Below are positions 1 to 12,571 of a stretch of 64,000 nt of DNA, one piece after another (the stretch's first letter is position 1; each line of letters begins with the position of its first letter). The notes beneath the pieces are model-generated. The model saw only the letters and a program-made list of their open reading frames with translations, was not told the DNA's origin and did not search any database. A program made the position numbers and the translations under genes. This DNA comes from Eledone cirrhosa (Eukaryota), in contig OZ024740.1 of NCBI GenBank assembly GCA_964016885.1, positions 299,088,001 through 299,152,000 on the forward strand. Direction: 5' to 3'.

Positions 1-1
1 A

Positions 2-1737
2 GACAACACCAATAACACCAGCATCAAGGACAACAACAACACCAACACCAACACCAGGGAAAATACGAATAATATCAACATCGGTGACAACAAGAATAAC
101 AACAGCAATAACAACAATAATGACAACACCACCAACACGGATAATTCCACAAAGAAACCAAAAATCTCCTTTGCACAGACAGTTCAGAAAAGGGAGGAAC
201 TGACATATCTCGACATAACAAATGCTGAACAACTTTTAAAGGACGCTAGGAGATATGTTACTTTCGAAAAAAATGGTGCTTTCAGCATCAATTCTCCGGT
301 AGAAATTTGCAAGGAAACTGCTCTCAAAACGATAGTTTTTAGGACAGTTTCCAATTCTACCCGAAAACCACTCCAATTGTCACAGAAAGAAATTGAACTG
401 GTTTTCAAAAATTCAATGAATGATATTGCATTCATTCAAAGAAGCAAACTTTTTGGGAGTATTTCGGTACTCATGAAGGATCAATTGACGGCCCAAAATT
501 ACTCTGTGTCGCCAATTGTATCCAACCTGTACACCTTTTTCCCTACATACATGGGAAAAAGGACACAAAAGATAAGAATCACGAGTGTCACACCAAAGGT
601 GAACATATGGTGGATACTGTGCGGCTTCATCAATTTTGATGAAGACAGAATACTGTCAGTAGGAAAGTCCCCCAGAGATGTATTCAATGGGACTAGCATT
701 GAAGTTCTGGTGCAAATGAGCCCAGAGCGAATAGCTATGATCCCACAACGTGTACTCCTGGACGGACTCACCTACATAAACTTTTCGGTTGAGGGTAGGC
801 GGCCTTCATGCTACCATTGCTTTAGCAGGGGTCACCTGAGGGCTTCCTGTCCTAAATTAATAAATAAAAAAAGGCTATTCTGCCGACACCCATCAAAACA
901 ACACAACCACCAACACCACCACAACAACAACAACACCAACACACAAAAATAACCACAACAAACACAGTCCCACCCAACCCCACTCCACCTAAAACCACTG
1001 CAAAATCACATACAGACATAACAGCTCCCCAAGACATACCCCTCCCCAATCACACAGACGATACAACAGATGAGGCTATCTCGCCATCACCCAGTGAAGA
1101 CGAGGGAGAACCCCATCGCTCGAAAAGGAAGAAAAGACATCACAAAAGCAAAAAACCAGCAAACACTACCACAAACATACAACCACCAACACAAACAACA
1201 AAAACATCACAAACAAAACCCCCACCTCCTGAAAACAAAATACCTACAACAAAACGAAAGCACACACAAGAACTACAGACAAAAACAAACACAACACAAG
1301 AAAATTACACTTACACTTACATAAACACTGAAAACAAAACACTAATGGAGACCATCACGAACGACCCTTCGGTGAAAACCGAAGAGAAAACTTTCGCCCA
1401 CTCTATTAAAAATAACAAAAAACTGAACCTAAAACTGATTAGGGTCCCTATACATACTTATAGGTCCCTAAAAGAAACATTTGTGAAGGATGTGGGGAAT
1501 TCCTGCGTGAAACCACTTAACGGCGTCCTTCTCAAATGTCTCCCCACCCCAGACACTCCCATCCCACCAGACCCCATCCCACCAAACATCTCCGTCCCCA
1601 CCCCGCCGGAAACCACCGCCCATCCAGACAACTCCTCCAACACCCCCATGGAAATCGTGCAGCCTATCCCCAGGAGACGAAGGATGAGTGATCTCTTTTC
1701 CTCTTTTAACTTTTCAGCACCAACATGGCCAATATAA
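2..1737 (+). pseudogene. ORF1 (gag-like nucleic-acid-binding protein) of Tx1-like copy 1, frameshifted
   Basis: Frame 2 is open from base 2 (Asn/Thr-rich N-terminus, KISFAQTV) to 952, with zinc knuckle CYHCFSRGHLRASC (CX2CX4HX4C). Frameshift at the A-run ~865, Thr/Pro/Lys-rich linker, C-terminal block 1345-1737 homologous to copy 2. Confidence 0.85.
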
Positions 1738-4700
1738 GAGTTGGATGTGTGAACGTACGCGGCCTGGGGATGCCCTGGAAACAGGGCAAACACTTAAACG
1801 ACCTCAGGTCGCACAGTATGGATGTGGTAGCCATTTGCGAGTCCAGGATCCACAGCGAGCGACAGCTGGCCCCCATCTTCGATGACTTTGAGATCTACGC
1901 ATCTCTCTGTCAACCGGGGGGTGGGGGCGGAGTTGCCGTTTTGCTGCGGAAACACCTGGGCCTCGTAACACAGACGGTACATCTGGACCCGGAGGGTCGA
2001 CTGGTGGTCCTAGACGTTGACGGTAGTGAAGGTGGAGCCTTCAGGCTGGTGGCCGTATATGCCCCATCCGGGACACCGCGGCCAGACTTCTTCAGACGTC
2101 TAGAGACTTTTCTGGGAACGTCCCACTCCTTGCTTTTAGTGGGGGACTGGAATGGAATCCTAGATGCACGTTGGGACTATGTGGGAGCATGTCCCGATAA
2201 AGGGGGGTGTAACAGCCTCAAACAGTTAATCGACCGATTTGACCTGGCCGATAGATATCGACTAGATTTTCCGACTGCGCCACTGTGGACGTGGAGTAAT
2301 CGTAGCGGAACATCTAGATCGTACCTAGATAGGGTTCTAGTTAGAAATAAGGATAGGGACATGTTAAGCTGTCCACAAATGTTCATGGTTGCCTATTCAG
2401 ATCACAAACTAGTGACCTGCATGGCCAACCTTGATAGAACACATAGACAAGGACCCGGCTACTGGAAGCTGAACGTGTCGTTACCGACAAGCAACGCCAA
2501 CAGTAGACGGATTAGCACTTTAGTTAAACAGCACTTGACAGGGGCCATTGTCAACAACAGATGGTGGTACTCTCTCAAGAGGGCAGTTAGATTAGACTCG
2601 ATAGTTTTAGTAAAGAATTAGCGTTAGATAGAAATAGAACCGAGAAGGAACTGGTAGATAAAGTAGAAGAGGCAATTAGAAGTGGCAACGTAGCCAGCGT
2701 GCTAGCAACGAGAACGGCCTTGGACCAGTTCTTCGACGCAAAGCACGAGGGCTGCGTTGTCAGAAGCAAAATACGTGCTCTGGGAAACGAGGGAGCCAAA
2801 GCTGTTAGCCGGGCCCGAGTGACGGAGGCAAAAAGTGGCAACAAGTCCACGATTCGGTCTTTGAAGGACCAAAACCCACGCGTGAACGTGAGCCGAAGCA
2901 GATGTGTGCGGCTTTTCAGCGGCACTTTGCTCGGCTGTTCGGGTGGAGCGGCGCGCCGGGAGAGGCTATGGATTTCGGTCCATACCTCGACGGCCTACCG
3001 CGACTCTCGGACAGCGAGGCAAAGTTCTGCGAAAAGCCGATTTCAGCCACTGAGATAGGGAATGCGCTGAGCCAATGCGGCAAACGCAAATCTCCAGGTC
3101 TCGACGGTCTACCCTACGAATTTTACGTAGCAATGCCAGACTTATTCTCCGGTCTCCTGGAAGCGGTCTACTGCAACTGGCAACAGAACGGGAGAATTCC
3201 CAGTTCTGTAACCGGGGGCGTGGTCAAACTAATCAGGAAGGACGAGAATAAGGGGGATGACATAGGCAACTTCCGGCCCATAACTCTGCTAAACACAGAG
3301 TTACAGATTTTGGCCAAGGTGTTGGCAAAGAGGCTGGCGCTTGTCGTCGAGAACCTGGTGGGAGAAGCGCAGACATGCGCAATCCCGACCAGGTCCATAC
3401 ACGACAACCTCCACCTCATGCGATACATCATAGAGAGGGTAGGGTGTAAACCCGGCTTCGGTGGGGCCCTGATCAACTTGGATCAGTCTAAGGCTTTCGA
3501 CAGGGTTGACCATCGTTACCTGGATGCGGTGCTCGAGGCGGCAGGCTTCGGACCCGTGTTCAGGGGCTGGATTGCTGCAATGCACAACAGCAACATCTGC
3601 TCGAGGGTCAAGGTGAACGGCTACCTCTCGGAGCCGTTCCATATTACGCGATCCATTCGACAGGGATGCCCTCTATCCTCCCTTCTGTACGTACTGACTC
3701 TCGAGCCACTACTGCGGAAGCTGGAGCTATTGCAGGGCATCCCTCTGGAACCGGGACTGCGGAAAGCGGCGTCGGCCTACGCCGACGACGTGACAGTAAT
3801 GGTGTCGAGCGCCTCGCAAATCGAGGTAGTCGGCACCTTACTGAAAGAATACGAAAGTCTCACAGGAGTGAAGCTGAACCGGGACAAGTCCATCGGTTTG
3901 CAACTCGGATCGTGGAGAGGCAAACCAATGCCTTCCGATGGCGTCGTCGGACGCTGGACGGAAGGACCGGTAAAGCTGCTCGGGGTCTGGTTTGGTCCGG
4001 ACCTCCAGGTGGAGAAGAACTGGAATGAGGTGTCGGCCAAGGTGTTTGCACTCACCCAGAAGTGGGCCGAGTGCAAACTATCCTTGAAAGGTCGAGCGGA
4101 GGTGGCAAACACTTTTATAGCGTCCGCCATCTACTACCGCTTGACCGTCGTGCCTTGTCCAGCCAAAACGCTCGCCAAAATGGAGCGCGCGCTCTTCCGA
4201 TTCCTTTGGAAGAGGTGGGCTCCTTTGGTGAGAAGATCCATCTGCTGCCAACACCCTTCTAACGGAAGGTTGGGGATGCCGTGGTTGACGATGCGCAAAC
4301 ACGCGCTCAGGCTGCGGCATCTCTACGTATTCCTCACCGGACAACCGGTGTGGGCCCCGTTCGTGAGGCGAGCCTTCCCACGACTCGTCTCGCTGACCGA
4401 GCTGCAGTCCTGGGTCAAGCAAAGACCGAGGAAAAGGGCGACTGGCACATCGAATGTGCTCAGGCGCTCACAGCCCTCTGGCAGGCGGACCCGGCGATCA
4501 GTGGAGACTCCACTTCGTCCTTCTATAGAGGGTTTGTCCTCAGCAAGTGCGACGACGCGCTCGGTGAAACTCTAGGCGTAGAGGAAGATGAACTGGCCAG
4601 TCTGTTCGGTAGGATCTTCCGCCCGGGACCGATGGACAACTTCCAAAAGTCCCTGGCCTGGCAGTGCTATCGAGGAGCTCTACCAGTTCGAGACAAGCTC

Positions 4701-5152
4701 TACAGACATGGGCGCCCGGGCAGAGACCCTGCAAAAAAGATCTGTCCGAGGTGCGTGCGAGACGAAGAAACCATCGCGCACGCATTCATACAGTGCCCGG
4801 GCGTCACTGACCTGTGGGGCTATGTAGAACGACTATTGTCGCGGGTGGGACCAATCCGGTTGACCACCGAGTCCATTGTCATGATCAAACCGCCACCCTC
4901 CTTCAAAAACGAAGGAGAGGCGGTTTTCCTTTGTGTGATAGCTATGGCGAAACAAGGTGCACAAGGTTGAAAGGGTTGAGGTCAGACACCTTTCTCTCCG
5001 GCCAACAACTGATTCTTTTTTTCAAATACCACTTTGGAAGAAGAATCAGGATGGAGAGAGAGGTGCTGTACCCCAGCAAGTTTTATGAAAGTGTGGTGAA
5101 AGTGGCGAGAATGGCCCGAGTGAATGGGCCTTCTCTCTATATCAGCCTGTAG
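1725..5152 (+). pseudogene. ORF2 (APE endonuclease + reverse transcriptase + C-terminal zinc-binding region), several frameshifts
   Basis: APE motifs NVRGL, VAVYAP, GDWN, SYLDRV, SDH. RT motifs KSPGLDGLP, FRPITLLN, LDQSKAFDRV, RQGCPLS, YADD (3778-3789). C-terminal CPRC...ETIAHAFIQC. Split over ORFs 1725-2621, 2699-3058, 2902-4575, 4281-4970, 4814-5152. Confidence 0.93.
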
Positions 5153-5395
5153 GTTGAGGAAAAGGAGAAGGAGAGGAAGGGAGTACAAACTCTTCGTACT
5201 CCTGGAGAGGAGGGTTGCACATTTTTTCGGGGGTATGTGTTACCCATATAAACTGTCTCCCTCTATTGGGGAAAATCGACTAACTTTTTAAATTCCATTT
5301 GTGATAACATTTTACACGTTTTTATTGTATGTAAACTTCCCCCTTTGTATTTGTCCCCTTCTTTTGTGCCCCTGTGGCTAATAAAGAAATATATC

Positions 5396-5421
5396 TATTT
5401 ATTTGTCTGTCTGTCAGTCTG

Positions 5422-5499
<78 letters not shown>

Positions 5500-5500
5500 C

Positions 5501-5530
<30 letters not shown>
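5396..5530. repeat. (TC)n/(TATC)n microsatellite between the two Tx1-like copies
   Basis: Direct reading of the sequence. Confidence 0.95.
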
Positions 5531-5531
<1 letters not shown>

Positions 5532-5703
5532 GATTGACCCTCCAACTAAATTGTCAGTGGGTGGGTCATTGAAATTTTCGCACCCCAGGGGCGAAAATTT
5601 AATTTTCATAAAAAATTTATAACAAATTGTTTTAAGTATGAATGATGAAATTGAAGCGCTTCCCACCATAAGTGGAAATGGGAGCGTTGAAATGAATGTC
5701 ACT

Positions 5704-7443
5704 ATGGCAACAGGGAGTAGGACCGAGAAAAATCACACCAAAACAAAAGTATGGAAACAGATACGGCACAAAAAAATATTGAACAAGAAAAAAACACAAC
5801 TTCACAAATGAACTCCACAACCACAAATCAAGCAATTGAGAACAACAAAAACAATAACAACAACAACAACAACAACAACAGCAACAACAACAACAACAAC
5901 AACAGCAACCATAAAAAATCTTTTGCCACAATATGCAAAGGAACTTTTACAAATATTGATATTTTCAATGTGAAGGAAATGATAAATGAAGGAAAAAGAT
6001 ATATTACCTTCAAGGAAAAAGGGGGATTTAAAATAACCTCTCCGCCACAAATCAAAGCCGACACTATGTGAAGGACTGTGATTTTTTCACGATTTTGAAC
6101 AAACAAAAAAAACCGGCTTTCCTTACTCATGGCGAAATTGAAATCGTCTTGAAAGAGGCAATGCCGGAAATACAATACATACAAAGGGCTAAGCTGTATG
6201 GAAGCATTTCGGTGCTCTTCAAAATTGAGGCCCTTGCGAAAAAATACTCAGTGAGCCCGGTCACCTCTGCCACACACACCTTTTTCCCTACATACATGGG
6301 AAAAAGAACACAAAGAATAAACATCACCAATATACCACCCAACATTAACATCTGGTGGATTCTGGCAGGTTTCTTGGAGGAAGATGAAGACACAATACTG
6401 TCGATTCAAAAATCCACAAGAAACACCTGGAACGGCACAAGCTTGGAAATTTTGGTCCAAATGAAACCGGACAGAATTTCCAAGATACCAGAAAGGGTAC
6501 CAGTAGACGATACCAATTACATTCACATTTCGTCAGATGAAAGGAGGCCACATTGTTTTAAATGCGCGAGCACATCGCATTTAAAGGCCCCCTGTCCCCT
6601 ATTATTACCCCCCCCCCAACAAAAAGTACTTTTACCAACACCAACCCCAAAACGACAACAACAACAACAGCACACAAAACAAACAAACACACAAAAACAA
6701 ACAACTGTTCAACCACAAACAACAGAAAAAACACAAACAATTCCCCTGAAAAACACAGTCGCACCCATCCCATTCCATCCAACACTACCACAATCACACA
6801 CACAAACACACCATCAGCACACAACATACCCCTCCCACACGCCCCTGATGACGATTCTTCACCAGACGAGACTACTTCTCCGCCCCCCCAAGTGAAGATG
6901 AAGGACAGCCTCGTAAATAAAAAACAAAACAAAAAAAAGAGACACCACAAAGCCATAAAAACAACAATCCCCAACACAAACACACAACCACCAACACAAA
7001 TAACAACACAAACACCACCACAATCAACCGCCCCTACCAGCAAAACAAACACCAACACCACCCCAAACACAAATGCCCACCATAAAAAGAAAACTACAAA
7101 ATAAACAACAAACCAAAACAACGCAACAAAAAGAAACAAACAACAATACACATACATTAACACAAACAACAAAAACCTAATGGAGGTCATCTCCCAAGAC
7201 CCCAAAGTAGAAACTGAAGGGAAAACTTTTGTAAAAGCAATCTCTCAACCACACCTAAAACTAATAAGGGTTTCGATAGAGACCTATCAGACATTGAAAG
7301 AAAAGTTTTCACAGGACGTTGGCAACCCCTGCCAAAACCCAATAAACCGTGTCCTGTTGAAGTGTTTCCCCACCCCACTCAACAGCCCCACCAGAACTGA
7401 AATGGAGATTGAACAACCCGATCCCCAAGAAACGGAAAGGTAA
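5704..7443 (+). pseudogene. ORF1 of Tx1-like copy 2, frameshifted
   Basis: Poly-Asn N-terminus, KKSFATIC, FFPTYMGKRTQ shared with copy 1, knuckle CFKCASTSHLKAPC, C-terminal block MEVISQDPKVETEGKTF...LLKCFPTP. Confidence 0.85.
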
Positions 7444-7484
7444 GTGCACCTTTTCGTCCTTTTTGCCAACCCTTCTCCACCAAC

Positions 7485-10400
7485 ATGGCTGACTTACGAG
7501 CTGGAAGCGTGAATGTGCGTGGCCTAGGGATAGCCTGGATACAGGGTCAACATTTAAACGACGTTAGGTCACACGGTATAGATGTAATAGCCATCACCGA
7601 GTCCAGGATCCACAACAGACAGCAACTAACCTCCATCTTCAATGACTTTGAGATTTACGCATCTCTCTGTCAGCCGGGAGGTGGAGGGGGAGTGACTGTC
7701 ATGTTTCGGAAAAACCTGGATCTCGAAGTACAGCAAGTATACATGGACCCGGAGGGTAGACTGGTAGTCCTAGACGTGAACAGTGCTGGAGGTGGAGCTT
7801 TCAGACTGGTGGCCGTTTATGCCCCAACCGGGCAATCACAATCGCGGTCAGACTTCTTTAAGCGTCTGGAGTCTTTTCTGGGAATGTCTCGCTCCTTGCT
7901 TTTAGTGGGGGACTGGAATGGTATCCTAGTTGCACGATAGGACTATGTGGGAGCGGTGTGCAACAGCCTCAAAAATCTAATCGGCCAATTCCAACTGGCC
8001 GATAGATATCGACTAGATTTTCCAACTGCACCACAGTGGACGTGGGCAAACTGCAGCGGGACATCTAGATCGTATCTAGATAGGTTTTTCATTACAGAAA
8101 AGGACAAGAAGATGTTAAGCTGTCCACAAATGCACATGGTTGCCTATTCAGATCACAAACATAGTCAACCGAGATAGAATACATAGACAAGGAAGCTGAA
8201 CGTGTCGTTGCCGGTACGAAAAGCCTACAGTGAACGGATAAGTAGATTAGTTAAGCAAGAGTTGACGGGAGCCATCGTCAACAATAGATGGTGGTACTCT
8301 CTCAAGAGAGCAATTAGCGTAGAATCGATAGGGTTTAGCAGAGAATTAGCTTTAGAGAAAAACAAATCAGAAACAGAACTAGTAGCCAAAGTAGAAGAGG
8401 CGCTTAGGATTGGCAACGCAGCTAGAGTGCTAGCATCGAGAACGGCACTGGACCAGTTCTGCGACCGCGTGGTCAGAAGTAAATCACGTGCTCTAGGAAA
8501 CAAGGGAGCAAAAGCTGTTAGCTGAGCCCGAGTGGCGGAAGCGAAAAGTGGCAACAAGTCCACGATTCAGTCTTTGAAAGACCAAAACGGACGCGTGCTA
8601 CTTGACCCCGGGCAGATGTGCGCGGCCTTTCAGCGGCACTTTGCGCGACTGTTTGAGCAGAACGACGGTACACCAAACGGGGCAATGGACTTTGGTTCAT
8701 ACCTCGGCGGCCTGCCGCGTCTCTCGAGCATGGACGCCAAGTTCTGCGAAAGACCGATCACAGCCACTGAGATACGGGACGCTCTGGGCCGCTGCCGGAA
8801 ACACAAATCACCCGGTCTAGATGGTCTACCATATGAGTTTTACATAGGCATGCCGGACTTGTTTTATGGCGTCCACGAAGCCGTTTACTGCAATTGGCAG
8901 CAGAACGGGACAATTCCCAGTTCTGCAGGCAATGGCGTAGTAACGCTGATCAGGAAAGACGAGAACAAGGGGGACGAAATAAACAATTTCAGGCCCATAA
9001 ATCTGCTCAACACAGAGTTAAAGATTTTGGCCAAGGTGCTAGCAACGAGGCTGGCGCTTGTAGTCGAAAACCTGGTAGGGAAAGCGCAAACGTGTGCAAT
9101 CCTAACCAGGTCCATACACGACAACGTCCACCTCATGCGATACATCATAGAGAGTGTGGGGTGTAAACCCGGCTTTGGTGGGGCTCTGATCAATTTAGAT
9201 CAGTCTAAGGCGTTCGATAGGGTCGACCATCGATACTGAAAGCGGTTCTCAAGGCGGCCGGTTTCGGACCCGTCTTCAGAGGCTGAATCGCCGCAAAGCA
9301 CACCAACATCTGCTCGAGGGTCAAGGTGAACGGCTACCAATCACGCGTTCCATCCGACAGGGAATCCCTCTCTCCTTCATTCTGTACGTACTGACTCTAG
9401 AGCCACTGCTGCGGAAGTTGGAGCTGCTGCATGGCATTCCGTTGGAACCGGGACTGCGGAAAGCGGTGTCGGCTTATGCCGACGACGTGACGTTAATGGT
9501 GTCGGAAGCCCCTCCAAAATCGGGGCCATCGGGAACTTACTGCAGGAATACGAAAGGCTCACAGGAGCAAAACTGAACCCGGACAAGTCTGTCGGTTTGC
9601 AACTCGGAACGAGGAGAGGCAAACCGATGCCGTCCGACAGCGTCGTCGGTCGCTGGGCGGACGGACCGGTGAAATTGCGCAAGGTCTGGTTCGGTCCGGA
9701 CCTCCAGGTGGAGAAAAACTGGAACCAGGTCACGGCCAAGGTATTTGCGCTCACCCAGAAGTGAGCAGAGTGCAAACTATCCTTGAAAGGTCGAGCGGAG
9801 GTGGCGAACACTTTCATAGCGTACGTCATCTACTACCGCTTCACCGTCGTGCCTTGTCCCCGTGAACACATCACCAAGATGGAACGCATGCTCTTCCAGT
9901 TCCTTTGGAAGAAGCAGGCTCCAGGTGAGGAGATCCGTCTGCTGTCAGCGCCCTTCCAACGGAGGGCTGGGAATGCCGTGGCTGATGATACGCAAGTATG
10001 CGCTGAGGCTACGGCATCTACAGGTATTCCTCACCGACCCGCAACCGGTGTTGGCACCGTTTGTGAGACAGGTCTTCCTGCAACTTATCTCGCTGACGGA
10101 GCTGCAATCCTGGGTCAAGCGGAGACCGAAGAAGATGGGCGCCTGGCACATTGAATGCGCTCAGGCGCTCACAGTCCTCTGTCAAGCGGGCACAGCAATC
10201 AGTGGAGACTCCACTTCGACATTCTATAGAGGGTTAGTACGTCACAAGGGCGACGACGTGCTCAGAGAGACTCTAGGCGTCGAAGACGACGAACTCACCA
10301 GTCTGTTTGGTAGGACTTTCCGCCCGGGACCTATGGACAACTTCCAGAGGTCCCTGGCAGTGCTACCAAGGAGCTCTACCAGTTCGTGACAAGATCTACA

Positions 10401-10854
10401 GGAACGGACGCCCGGCATGGATCCTTCCAAGAAGACGTGTCCAAGATGCGCGCAGGACATTGAAACCGTCTTGCACGCAATTGTACACTGCCCGGGCGTA
10501 ACCGACCTGTGGAACTACGCGGAACAACTGCTGTCGCGTATGGGACAAATTCAGTTAACTGCCGAGTCCATAGTAAGGATCAAACCGCCAACTTCTTTCA
10601 AAAACGAAAGAGAGGTGGTTTTCCTCTGTACAGTGGCTATGGTGAAAGAGGTTATATGGTGGACAAGATTGAGAGGACTGAGGACAGATGCCTTTCTCTC
10701 CGGACAACAACTCATTCCCTTCTTTAGATACCACTTTAGAAGGAGAATCAGAGTGGAGAGAGAGGCACTGCACCCCAGTAAATTTACTGAAAGGTAGGTG
10801 AACGTGGCAAAAATGGCCCGAGTGATTGGGCCTTCTCTGTTTATAAGCCTGTAG
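7485..10854 (+). pseudogene. ORF2 (APE-RT) of Tx1-like copy 2 with multiple stops, frameshifts and small deletions
   Basis: NVRGL, VAVYAP, GDWN, SDH, KSPGLDGLP, LDQSKAFDRV, YADD at 9475-9486, CPRC...ETVLHAIVHC. Confidence 0.92.
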
Positions 10855-11092
10855 GTTAAAGAAGAGGGCAAAAGGAAGAAAGGAGCACTTGCACAACACG
10901 CTCCTGGAGTTGAGGGTTGTTCTATCGACGGGGTATTAAACAACCCATTTGTGGCGCATTCCCCCTATTGGGGATTTCGATTGTTATATTTGTTTTTCTC
11001 ATATTTTTAAACGATTGTATGTAAAATCCCCGGCATGTCTTTGTTTTGTCCTCTTTTCTTGTACGCCCTTGTGTCTAATAAAGAAATATATC

Positions 11093-11133
11093 TATCTATC
11101 TCTCTGTCCGTCTGTCTGTCTATCCATCCATCC

Positions 11134-11217
<84 letters not shown>

Positions 11218-11222
11218 GTCTA
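11093..11222. repeat. (TATC)n microsatellite at the 3' end of Tx1-like copy 2
   Basis: Direct reading. Confidence 0.95.
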
Positions 11223-11663
11223 TTCACAACTTATATCTACTTGTGTACGTGTATAGATAAGACGCTTTCTTTATTTAACTGAAATTCATCTGAGTGAACA
11301 AAAACATTTGTATAACGTACGAGGCGATCCTTTTGTTTTTGCATTTAGACAATAGTGAATCACAACACAGTCAATTCAGTGGAAAGGACACCAATAAAGA
11401 TTTCTTTTAAAATATCAAGAACAAATCAGCTTATCTCTGCAGGCAACAAAAGCCTTTCAGATTAATTATACTTTTTCAAGACAGAGTATATGACGTAATC
11501 TATTATATTTATATAAACATACATAGTCTTGCTGTGAAATTCTATCGCTGAGGAAGTAAAGTTTAAGTGACTTAGTGCATATAAGCAGTATCTAGGCTAT
11601 TACAATGTTTGTACGACTTAAACGTCGAAATGTCTCAGATAAGTTGTTAATTGGACTATTATA

Positions 11664-11665
<2 letters not shown>

Positions 11666-11694
<29 letters not shown>

Positions 11695-11846
11695 CTTCTT
11701 CTTCTCACACTTATTCCCGGGAGGGTCGTGAGGGCAGTGTCCTCAAACATTCCTTCCAGCGAGTCCTATCAGAAGCAACCTTTTCCAGCTGATCCAACTG
11801 AATCCCCAAGCGAGACCAGCTGATTTATAGATGTTATCGAACCATT
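11666..11846 (-). mobile_element. 3' end of an RTE-clade LINE with (AGA)n tail
   Basis: Minus strand encodes ...LGIQLDQLEKVASDRTRWKECLRTLPSRPSRE* then (AGA)n. Matches the 35346-35620 fragment (ctggtctcgcttg...ggatca). Confidence 0.7.
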
Positions 11847-12453
11847 TTGATATATAAAACAATATACTAATGACTTCATTATAAAAAAAAAAAATAGAAA
11901 AAAATATTATCTATACTTCGTTTCAATGAGTATGATCTCTTATTGTCACCAGCTTTTGTACACAGTCCCACAGGGATTCGAACCCGGAAATTTTATTTCT
12001 AAATAAAGGTTAATTCCGTTATTATTTCAGAAACCACTGATCAGTAATACATACGAAGAATATGTAAACATCCTTACATAAGGCACCTAGTAATGATTCG
12101 AGACGAAACCAATGGAGAAATAATGTAGCTGTAACTATTGAAAGAATAATTCATATCTAAACGGGAAGTCTATAGCCTGAAAAATTATAATCCTATTCGC
12201 AAATCTTTCAAAATATTTCATCAACTATTTCAGTTCTGTATATTTTTTACACACTGCAGATAAGAAGTACTTTTCAAGGATCCATCGTAAAGAATTTTTC
12301 TTGTATTTTATGTTTCTTAATTAGTACTTCAGTTAAAATTCCTTGTAAGGCACGAGTAGTTAGCTGAGAATGTTATACAAAGTTTAATGCTATACAAAGT
12401 TTTTATTATTTTCTTTGCAGGTAACATGTCCATGTTTCGAGATGGATGTAATA

Positions 12454-12517
<64 letters not shown>

Positions 12518-12529
12518 TATAATGTGATA

Positions 12530-12571
<42 letters not shown>

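Larger units (their letters stand above)
1..5395 (+). mobile_element. Tx1/L1-clade non-LTR retrotransposon, copy 1 (5' end outside window; frameshifted)
   Basis: ORF1 with CCHC knuckle, then ORF2 with APE, RT and C-terminal Cys motif. About 230-nt 3'UTR with AATAAA at ~5380 running directly into (TATC)/(TC)n. Confidence 0.93.
5531..11092 (+). mobile_element. Tx1/L1-clade non-LTR retrotransposon, copy 2 (apparently full length, more decayed ORF2)
   Basis: Hairpin-rich 5' leader, ORF1 (~5704-7443), ORF2 (7485-10854). 3'UTR ends in CTAATAAAGAAATATAT like copy 1, followed by (TATC)n. Confidence 0.92.
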
